Source of the DNA: Laetmonice hystrix | Lineage: Eukaryota | DNA length: 64,000 bases | NCBI GenBank assembly: GCA_965235115.1 | Contig: OZ249436.1 | Span: forward strand, 3,350,001 to 3,414,000 | Direction of reading: 5' to 3' | Shown here: one piece after another, positions 1 through 9,800 of the stretch | How the letters are laid out: the number at the start of each line of letters is the position of its first letter | How positions within the stretch are numbered: position 1 is the stretch's first letter | Translations under genes and position numbers: made by a program | The notes under the pieces: generated by a model | Databases searched by the model: none | What the model saw: the letters and a program-made list of their open reading frames with translations, nothing else | What the model was told of the DNA's origin: nothing

Positions 1-603
1 CATGTTTCATGTTTCCATGCCTTTATTGTCCAGGAGGCAGGCCATACGTTTCGTCTATTATCTACTCCCATCTAATCTATGTCCCCTAGGACCATCTGTA
101 AGCGTGCGAACACGTTGTCAGGTCGTCCCAATGACTGTTTGCCGTAAAGGTTTAGTTAACAATGGCAAATGACGTTGTACGCCTTTTCTATATCAGATAT
201 CTCATCCCCAAGTAAGAAACAAACAAAGAAAGAGTACAGAGATTTGCAGGCAAGAAACACCAGGGTGCAGCGCAGCTCTACTGAAGCGGCGGCAGAGGCG
301 GTGACTGCACTGCCATCTTCCGGCTACCGGTGGAATCACCACGTATACCTGGCCGGGCTGGCGGGCACCTGTGGCTCTTAGGTTAAAGCAATGAGAAGCG
401 AAAAATGGCTACATTTCTGATACGTCAAATTGAAACTACGCCCCCCAAAGTTATGATTCTTAGGCTAGACGTATAACTGTCAAACGTATAGGTCTCGTAC
501 GTTCGCTACAGATATATGGTTGTGATGTGTATACTTCCCATTTGAGTATCTTCTCCAGATTTTAACATTAGATGCTCCTCGCCAGTACCTTTGATTTCCA
601 CTA

Positions 604-806
604 CCTCACTGTAGTGTTTGCATGGCTACTAGGCCAGTCGGTAAGATGTAGGGACTTCTCACTCTACTGGTTGGCCTCCCACACTGCTTGGCCTCACAGT
701 GTACTGTTTGGCCTGACTTTACCCTTTGGCCTCACTGTAGTGTTCGCTGGGGTGCTAGGCCAGCCAGTACCTTGTAGCGATTTCTCACTGTACCGTTTGT
801 CCTCCC
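604..806 (+). repeat. Internal direct duplication in each monomer: 77-bp segments 126 bp apart
   Basis: 604-680 (CCTCACTGTAGTGTTTGCATGGCTACTAGGCCAG...GGCCTCCC) aligns without gaps to 730-806 (CCTCACTGTAGTGTTCGCTGGGGTGCTAGGCCAG...GTCCTCCC), 61/77 identical by hand count. Confidence 0.93.
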
Positions 807-817
807 TGTACCGTTTG
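671..817 (+). repeat. Degenerate ~18-bp minisatellite in each monomer (consensus approx. TTGGCCTCACTGTACCGT)
   Basis: TTGGCCT occurs at 671, 688, 708 and 726 (spacings 17, 20, 18). CTGTACCGTTTG occurs at 788 and 806 (spacing 18). Confidence 0.8.
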
Positions 818-3800
818 CTTGTACACAACAGTAGCCAGTAATATAGGGACGCCTCATGTTTCATGTTTCCATGCCTTTATTGTCCAGGAGGCAGGCCATA
901 CGTTTCATCTATCATCTACTCCCATCTAATCTGTGTCCCCTAGAGACCATCTGTAAGCGTGCGACAACGTTGTCAGGTCGTTCCAATGACTGTTTGCCGT
1001 AGAAGTTTAGTTAACAATGGCAAATGACGTTGTACGCCTTTTCTATATCAGATATCCCATCCCCAAGTAAGAAACAAACAAAGAAAGAGTACAGAGATTT
1101 GCAGGCAAGAAACACCAAGGTGCAGCGCAGCTCTACTGAAGCGGCGGCAGAGGCGGTGACTGCACTGCCATCTTCCGGCTACCGGTGGAATCACCACGTA
1201 TACCTGGCCGGGCTGGCGGGCACCTATGGCTATTAGGTTAAAGCAATGAGAAGCGGAAAATGGCTCCATTTCTGATACGTCAAATTGAAACTACGCCCCC
1301 CAAAGTTCTTAGGCCAGATGTATAACTGTCAAACGTATAGGTCTCGTACGTTCGCTCCAGATATATGGTTGTGATGTGTATACTTCCCATTTGAGGATCT
1401 TCTACAGATTTTAACATTAGATGCTCCTCGCCTGTACCTTTCATTTCCACTACCTCACTGTAGTGCTTGCATGGCTACTAGGCCAGTCGGTAAGATGTAG
1501 GGACTTCTCACTCTACTGGTTGGCCTCCCACACTGCTTGGCCTCACAGTGTACTGTTTGGCCTGACTTTACTCTTTGGCCTCACTGTAGTGTTCGCTGGG
1601 GTGCTAGGCCAGCCAGTACCTTGTAGCAATTCCTCACTGTACCGTTTGTCCTCCCTGTACCGTTTGCTTGTACACAACAGTAGCCAGTAATATAGGGACG
1701 CCTCATGTTTCATGTTTCCATGCCTTTATTGTCCAGGAGGCAGGCCATACGTTTCGTCTATTATCTACTCCCATCTAATCTATGTCCCCTAGGACCATCT
1801 GTAAGCGTGCGAACACGTTGTCAGGTCGTCCCAATGACTGTTTGCCGTAAAGGTTTAGTTAACAATGGCAAATGACGTTGTACGCCTTTTCTATATCAGA
1901 TATCCCATCCCCAAGTAAGAAACAAACAAAGAAAGAGTACAGAGATTTGCAGGCAAGAAACACCAGGGTGCAGCGCAGCTCTACTGAAGCGGCGGCAGAG
2001 GCGGTGACTGCACTGCCATCTTCCGGCTACCGGTGGAATCACCACGTATACCTGGCCGGGCTGGCGGGCACCTGTGGCTCTTAGGTTAAAGCAATGAGAA
2101 GCGAAAAATGGCTACATTTCTGATACGTCAAATTGAAACTACGCCCCCCAAAGTTATGATTCTTAGGCTAGATGTATAACTGTCAAACGTATAGGTCTCG
2201 TACGTTCGCTACAGATATATGGTTGTGATGTGTATACTTCCCATTTGAGTATCTTCTCCAGATTTTAACATTAGATGCTCCTCGCCAGTACCTTTGATTT
2301 CCACTACCTCACTGTAGTGTTTGCATGGCTACTAGGCCAGTCGGTAAGATGTAGGGACTTCTCACTCTACTGGTTGGCCTCCCACACTGCTTGGCCTCAC
2401 AGTGTACTGTTTGGCCTGACTTTACCCTTTGGCCTCACTGTAGTGTTCGCTGGGGTGCTAGGCCAGCCAGTACCTTGTAGCGATTTCTCACTGTACCGTT
2501 TGTCCTCCCTGTACCGTTTGCTTGTACACAACAGTAGCCAGTAATATAGGGACGCCTCATGTTTCATGTTTCCATGCGTTTATTGTCCAGGAGGCAGGCC
2601 ATACGTTTCATCTATCATCTACTCCCATCTAATCTGTGTCCCCTAGAGACCATCTGTAAGCGTGCGACAACGTTGTCAGGTCGTTCCAATGACTGTTTGC
2701 CGTAGAAGTTTAGTTAACAATGGCAAATGACGTTGTACGCTTTTTCTATATCAGATATCCCATCCCCAAGTAAGAAACAAACAAAGAAAGAGTACAGAGA
2801 TTTGCAGGCAAGAAACACCAGGGTGCAGCGCAGCTCTACTGAAGCGGCGGCAGAGGCGGTGACTGCACTGCCATCTTCCGGCTACCGGTGGAATCACCAC
2901 GTATACCTGGCCGGGCTGGCGGGCACCTATGGCTATTAGGTTAAAGCAATGAGAAGCGGAAAATGGCTACATTTCTGATACGTCAAATTGAAACTACGCC
3001 CCCCAAAGTTATGATTCTTAGGCCAGATGTATAACTGTCAAACGTATAGGTCTCGTACGTTCGCTACAGATATATGGTTGTGATGTGTATACTTCCCATT
3101 TGAGTATCTTCTTCAGATTTTAACATTAGATGCTCCTCGCCAGTACCTTTGATTTCCACTACCTCACTGTAGTGTTTGCATGGCTACTAGGCCAGTCGGT
3201 AAGATGTAGGGACTTCTCACTCTACTGGTTGGCCTCCCACACTGCTTGGGCTCACAGTGTACTGTTTGGCCTGACTTTACTCTTTGGCCTCACTGTAGTG
3301 TTCGCTGGGGTGCTAGGCCAGCCAGTACCTTGTAGCAATTCCTCACTGTACCGTTGGCCTCCCTGTACCGTTTGCTTGTATACAACAGTAGCCAGTAATA
3401 TAGGGACGCCTCATGTTTCATGTTTCCATGCCTTTATTGTCCAGGAGGCAGGCCATACGTTTCGTCTATTATCTACTCCCATCTAATCTATGTCCCCTAG
3501 GACCATCTGTAAGCGTGCGAACACGTTGTCAGGTCGTCCCAATGACTGTTTGCCGTAAAGGTTTAGTTAACAATGGCAAATGACGTTGTACGCCTTTTCT
3601 ATATCAGATGTCCCATCCCCAAGTAAGAAACAAAGAAAGAAAGAGTACAGAGATTTGCAGGCAAGAAACACCAGGGTGCAGCGCAGCTCTACTGAAGCGG
3701 CGGCAGAGGCGGTGACTGCACTGCCATCTTCCGGCTACCGGTGGAATCACCAAGTATACCTGGCCGGGCTGGCGGGCACCTGTGGCTCTTAGGTTAAAGC

Positions 3801-6800
3801 AATGAGAAGCGGAAAATGGCTACATTTCTGATACGTCAAATTGAAACTACGCCCCCCAAAGTTATGATTCTTAGGCCAGATGTATAACTGTCAAACGTAT
3901 AGGTCTCGTACGTTCGCTACAGATATATGGTTGTGATGTGTATACTTCCCATTTGAGTATCTTCTCCAGATTTTAACATTAGATGCTCCTCGCCAGTACC
4001 TTTGATTTCCACTACCTCACTGTAGTGTTTGCATGGCTACTAGGCCAGTCGGTAAGATGTAGGGACTTCTCACTCTACTGGTTGGCCTCCCACACTGCTT
4101 GGCCTCACAGTGTACTGTTTGGCCTGACTTTACTCTTTGGCCTCACTGTAGTGTTCGCTGGGGTGCTAGGCCAGCCAGTACCTTGTAGCAATTCCTCACT
4201 GTACCGTTGGCCTCCCTGTACCGTTTGCTTGTATACAACAGTAGCCAGTAATATAGGGACGCCTCATGTTTCATGTTTCCATGCCTTTATTGTCCAGGAG
4301 GCAGGCCATACGTTTCGTCTATTGTCTACTCCCATCTAATCTATGTCCCCTAGGACCATCTGTAAGCGTGCGAACACGTTGTCAGGTCGTCCCAATGACT
4401 GTTTGCCGTAAAGGTTTAGTTAACAATGGCAAATGACGTTGTACGCCTTTTCTATATCAGATGTCCCATCCCCAAGTAAGAAACAAAGAAAGAAAGAGTA
4501 CAGAGATTTGCAGGCAAGAAACACCAGGGTGCAGCGCAGCTCTACTGAAGCGGCGGCAGCGGCGGTGACTGCACTGCCATCTTCCGGCTACCGGTGGAAT
4601 CACCACGTATACCTGGCCGGGCTGGCGGGCACCTATGGCTATTAGGTTAAAGCAATGAGAAGCGGAAAATGGCTCCATTTCTGATACGTCAAATTGAAAC
4701 TACGCCCCCCAAAGTTCTTAGGCCAGATGTATAACTGTCAAACGTATAGGTCTCGTACGTTCGCTCCAGATATATGGTTGTGATGTGTATACTTCCCATT
4801 TGAGGATCTTCTACAGATTTTAACATTAGATGCTCCTCGCCTGTACCTTTCATTTCCACTACCTCACTGTAGTGCTTGCATGGCTACTAGGCCAGTCGGT
4901 AAGATGTAGGGACTTCTCACTCTACTGGTTGGCCTCCCACACTGCTTGGCCTCACAGTGTACTGTTTGGCCTGACTTTACTCTTTGGCCTCACTGTAGTG
5001 TTCGCTGGGGTGCTAGGCCAGCCAGTACCTTGTAGCAATTCCTCACTGTACCGTTTGTCCTCCCTGTACCGTTTGCTTGTACACAACAGTAGCCAGTAAT
5101 ATAGGGACGCCTCATGTTTCATGTTTCCATGCCTTTATTGTCCAGGAGGCAGGCCATACGTTTCGTCTATTATCTACTCCCATCTAATCTATGTCCCCTA
5201 GGACCATCTGTAAGCGTGCGAACACGTTGTCAGGTCGTCCCAATGACTGTTTGCCGTAAAGGTTTAGTTAACAATGGCAAATGACGTTGTACGCCTTTTC
5301 TATATCAGATATCTCATCCCCAAGTAAGAAACAAACAAAGAAAGAGTACAGAGATTTGCAGGCAAGAAACACCAGGGTGCAGCGCAGCTCTACTGAAGCG
5401 GCGGCAGAGGCGGTGACTGCACTGCCATCTTCCGGCTACCGGTGGAATCACCACGTATACCTGGCCGGGCTGGCGGGCACCTGTGGCTCTTAGGTTAAAG
5501 CAATGAGAAGCGAAAAATGGCTACATTTCTGATACGTCAAATTGAAACTACGCCCCCCAAAGTTATGATTCTTAGGCTAGACGTATAACTGTCAAACGTA
5601 TAGGTCTCGTACGTTCGCTACAGATATATGGTTGTGATGTGTATACTTCCCATTTGAGTATCTTCTCCAGATTTTAACATTAGATGCTCCTCGCCAGTAC
5701 CTTTGATTTCCACTACCTCACTGTAGTGTTTGCATGGCTACTAGGCCAGTCGGTAAGATGTAGGGACTTCTCACTCTACTGGTTGGCCTCCCACACTGCT
5801 TGGCCTCACAGTGTACTGTTTGGCCTGACTTTACCCTTTGGCCTCACTGTAGTGTTCGCTGGGGTGCTAGGCCAGCCAGTACCTTGTAGCGATTTCTCAC
5901 TGTACCGTTTGTCCTCCCTGTACCGTTTGCTTGTACACAACAGTAGCCAGTAATATAGGGACGCCTCATGTTTCATGTTTCCATGCCTTTATTGTCCAGG
6001 AGGCAGGCCATACGTTTCATCTATCATCTACTCCCATCTAATCTGTGTCCCCTAGAGACCATCTGTAAGCGTGCGACAACGTTGTCAGGTCGTTCCAATG
6101 ACTGTTTGCCGTAGAAGTTTAGTTAACAATGGCAAATGACGTTGTACGCCTTTTCTATATCAGATATCCCATCCCCAAGTAAGAAACAAACAAAGAAAGA
6201 GTACAGAGATTTGCAGGCAAGAAACACCAAGGTGCAGCGCAGCTCTACTGAAGCGGCGGCAGAGGCGGTGACTGCACTGCCATCTTCCGGCTACCGGTGG
6301 AATCACCACGTATACCTGGCCGGGCTGGCGGGCACCTATGGCTATTAGGTTAAAGCAATGAGAAGCGGAAAATGGCTCCATTTCTGATACGTCAAATTGA
6401 AACTACGCCCCCCAAAGTTCTTAGGCCAGATGTATAACTGTCAAACGTATAGGTCTCGTACGTTCGCTCCAGATATATGGTTGTGATGTGTATACTTCCC
6501 ATTTGAGGATCTTCTACAGATTTTAACATTAGATGCTCCTCGCCTGTACCTTTCATTTCCACTACCTCACTGTAGTGCTTGCATGGCTACTAGGCCAGTC
6601 GGTAAGATGTAGGGACTTCTCACTCTACTGGTTGGCCTCCCACACTGCTTGGCCTCACAGTGTACTGTTTGGCCTGACTTTACTCTTTGGCCTCACTGTA
6701 GTGTTCGCTGGGGTGCTAGGCCAGCCAGTACCTTGTAGCAATTCCTCACTGTACCGTTTGTCCTCCCTGTACCGTTTGCTTGTACACAACAGTAGCCAGT

Positions 6801-9800
6801 AATATAGGGACGCCTCATGTTTCATGTTTCCATGCCTTTATTGTCCAGGAGGCAGGCCATACGTTTCGTCTATTATCTACTCCCATCTAATCTATGTCCC
6901 CTAGGACCATCTGTAAGCGTGCGAACACGTTGTCAGGTCGTCCCAATGACTGTTTGCCGTAAAGGTTTAGTTAACAATGGCAAATGACGTTGTACGCCTT
7001 TTCTATATCAGATATCCCATCCCCAAGTAAGAAACAAACAAAGAAAGAGTACAGAGATTTGCAGGCAAGAAACACCAGGGTGCAGCGCAGCTCTACTGAA
7101 GCGGCGGCAGAGGCGGTGACTGCACTGCCATCTTCCGGCTACCGGTGGAATCACCACGTATACCTGGCCGGGCTGGCGGGCACCTGTGGCTCTTAGGTTA
7201 AAGCAATGAGAAGCGAAAAATGGCTACATTTCTGATACGTCAAATTGAAACTACGCCCCCCAAAGTTATGATTCTTAGGCTAGATGTATAACTGTCAAAC
7301 GTATAGGTCTCGTACGTTCGCTACAGATATATGGTTGTGATGTGTATACTTCCCATTTGAGTATCTTCTCCAGATTTTAACATTAGATGTTCCTCGCCAG
7401 TACCTTTGATTTCCACTACCTCACTGTAGTGTTTGCATGGCTACTAGGCCAGTCGGTAAGATGTAGGGACTTCTCACTCTACTGGTTGGCCTCCCACACT
7501 GCTTGGCCTCACAGTGTACTGTTTGGCCTGACTTTACCCTTTGGCCTCACTGTAGTGTTCGCTGGGGTGCTAGGCCAGCCAGTACCTTGTAGCGATTTCT
7601 CACTGTACCGTTTGTCCTCCCTGTACCGTTTGCTTGTACACAACAGTAGCCAGTAATATAGGGACGCCTCATGTTTCATGTTTCCATGCCTTTATTGTCC
7701 AGGAGGCAGGCCATACGTTTCATCTATCATCTACTCCCATCTAATCTGTGTCCCCTAGAGACCATCTGTAAGCGTGCGACAACGTTGTCAGGTCGTTCCA
7801 ATGACTGTTTGCCGTAGAAGTTTAGTTAACAATGGCAAATGACGTTGTACGCCTTTTCTATATCAGATATCCCATCCCCAAGTAAGAAACAAACAAAGAA
7901 AGAGTACAGAGATTTGCAGGCAAGAAACACCAGGGTGCAGCGCAGCTCTACTGAAGCGGCGGCAGAGGCGGTGACTGCACTGCCATCTTCCGGCTACCGG
8001 TGGAATCACCACGTATACCTGGCCGGGCTGGCGGGCACCTATGGCTATTAGGTTAAAGCAATGAGAAGCGGAAAATGGCTCCATTTCTGATACGTCAAAT
8101 TGAAACTACGCCCCCCAAAGTTCTTAGGCCAGATGTATAACTGTCAAACGTATAGGTCTCGTACGTTCGCTCCAGATATATGGTTGTGATGTGTATACTT
8201 CCCATTTGAGGATCTTCTACAGATTTTAACATTAGATGCTCCTCGCCTGTACCTTTCATTTCCACTACCTTACTGTAGTGCTTGCATGGCTACTAGGCCA
8301 GTCGGTAAGATGCAGGGACTTCTCACTCTACTCGTTGGCCTCCCACACTGCTTGGCCTCACAGTGTACTGTTTGGCCTGACTTTACTCTTTGGCCTCACT
8401 GTAGTGTTCGCTGGGGTGCTAGGCCAGCCAGTACCTTGTAGCAATTCCTCACTGTACCGTTGGCCTCCCTGTACCGTTTGCTTGTATACAACAGTAGCCA
8501 GTAATATAGGGACGCCTCATGTTTCATGTTTCCATGCCTTTATTGTCCAGGAGGCAGGCCATACGTTTCGTCTATTATCTACTCCCATCTAATCTATGTC
8601 CCCTAGGACCATCTGTAAGCGTGCGAACACGTTGTCAGGTCGTCCCAATGACTGTTTGCCGTAAAGGTTTAGTTAACAATGGCAAATGACGTTGTACGCC
8701 TTTTCTATATCAGATATCCCATCCCCAAGTAAGAAACAAACAAAGAAAGAGTACAGAGATTTGCAGGCAAGAAACACCAGGGTACAGCGCAGCTCTACTG
8801 AAGCGGCGGCAGAGGCGGTGACTGCACTGCCATCTTCCGGCTACCGGTGGAATCACCACGTATACCTGGCCGGGCTGGCGGGCACCTGTGGCTCTTAGGT
8901 TAAAGCAATGAGAAGCGAAAAATGGCTACATTTCTGATACGTCAAATTAAAACTACGCCCCCCAAGGTTATGATTCTTAGGCCAGATGTATAACTGCCAA
9001 ACGTATAGGTCTCGTACGTTCGCTACAGATATATGGTTGTGATGTGTATACTTCCCATTTGAGTATCTTCTCCAGATTTTAACATTAGATGCTCCTCGCC
9101 AGTACCTTTGATTTCAACTACCTCACTGTAGTGTTTGCATGGCTACTAGGCCAGTCGGTAAGATGTAGGGACTTCTCACTCTACTGGTTGGCCTCCCACA
9201 CTGCTTGGCCTCACAGTGTACTGTTTGGCCTGACTTTACTCTTTGGCCTCACTGTAGTGTTCGCTGGGGTGCTAGGCCAGCCAGTACCTTGTAGCGATTT
9301 TTCACTGTACCGTTTGTCCTCCCTGTACCGTTTGCTTGTACACAACAGTAGCCAGTAATATAGGGACGCCTCATGTTTCATGTTTCCATGCCTTTATTGT
9401 CCAGGAGGCAGGCCATACGTTTCATCTATCATCTACTCCCATCTAATCTGTGTCCCCTAGAGACCATCTGTAAGCGTGCGACAACGTTGTCAGGTCGTCC
9501 CAATGACTGTTTGCCGTAGAAGTTTAGTTAACAATGGCAAATGACGTTGTACGCTTTTTCTATATCAGATATCCCATCCCCAAGTAAGAAACAAACAAAG
9601 AAAGAGTACAGAGATTTGCAGGCAAGAAACACCAGGGTGCAGCGCAGCTCTACTGAAGCGGCGGCAGAGGCGGTGACTGCACTGCCATCTTCCGGCTACC
9701 GGTGGAATCACCACGTATACCTGGCCGGGCTGGCGGGCACCTATGGCTATTAGGTTAAAGCAATGAGAAGCGGAAAATGGCTACATTTCTGATACGTCAA

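Larger units (their letters stand above)
1..854. repeat. Representative monomer (phase arbitrary)
   Basis: CATGTTTCATGTTTCCATGCC at 1 recurs at 855. The unit has a purine-rich tract (~211-260), a GC-rich block (~261-375) and an internally repetitive block (~580-820). Confidence 0.97.
1..8000. repeat. Higher-order duplication, offset 5112 bp (6 monomers): approx. 1-2900 matches approx. 5113-8000
   Basis: Rare variants recur at +5112: GGCTAGAC (463/5575), AACACCAAGG (1111/6223), and ACCCTTTGG in the ORFs at 572/5684 and 2275/7387. Confidence 0.85.

Noticed and set aside
40..47. GGCCATAC (5S-like), plus ACAGAGA (U6-like, 236) and minus-strand CGCTTCTC (U2-like, 393-400)
   Set aside because: These are isolated 7-8 nt matches with no continuing similarity to those RNAs.
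169..381. 70-aa ORF (MTLYAFS...) intact in all 75 copies
   Set aside because: I recognise no domain. Copies are so similar that an intact frame is uninformative, and many variants are amino-acid changing (I/V, P/S, T/R, CGS/YGY), with no sign of purifying selection.
402..412. Minus-strand GTAGCCATTTT matching part of the dinoflagellate spliced leader; also GGTTTAGTTAAC (149) vaguely like nematode leaders
   Set aside because: Only 11 of 22 nt match, with no GGCTCAAG|GT end, and the site is polymorphic. The GGTTT start is absent in type B units.
417..437. Hammerhead-like CTGA...GAAAC (hammerheads occur in some animal satellites)
   Set aside because: The core reads CTGATAC rather than CTGANGA and the flanking stems do not form. 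CTGAAGC at 281 also fails.
573..590. HDV-ribozyme-like CTCCTCGC
   Set aside because: There is no P3 pairing around the loop and no P1/P2 pseudoknot partners.
630..680. tRNA A-box-like TAGGCCAGTCGGTA
   Set aside because: There is no D-stem, no properly placed GTTCRA B-box and no cloverleaf.
572..841. 89/118-aa hydrophobic ORF
   Set aside because: A common 1-bp indel shifts the frame (89 vs 118 aa) and one copy has a stop (18720-18722). The peptide repeat simply mirrors the 126-bp DNA duplication.
1..854. Monomer length close to 5 x 170 bp (nucleosome multiple)
   Set aside because: No ~170-bp internal periodicity is visible, and a numerical coincidence cannot be excluded without MNase data.
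1048..1269. Minus-strand 73-aa ORF
   Set aside because: Its start depends on one SNP (GGCTCCAT), it is present in a minority of copies, and I recognise no homology.
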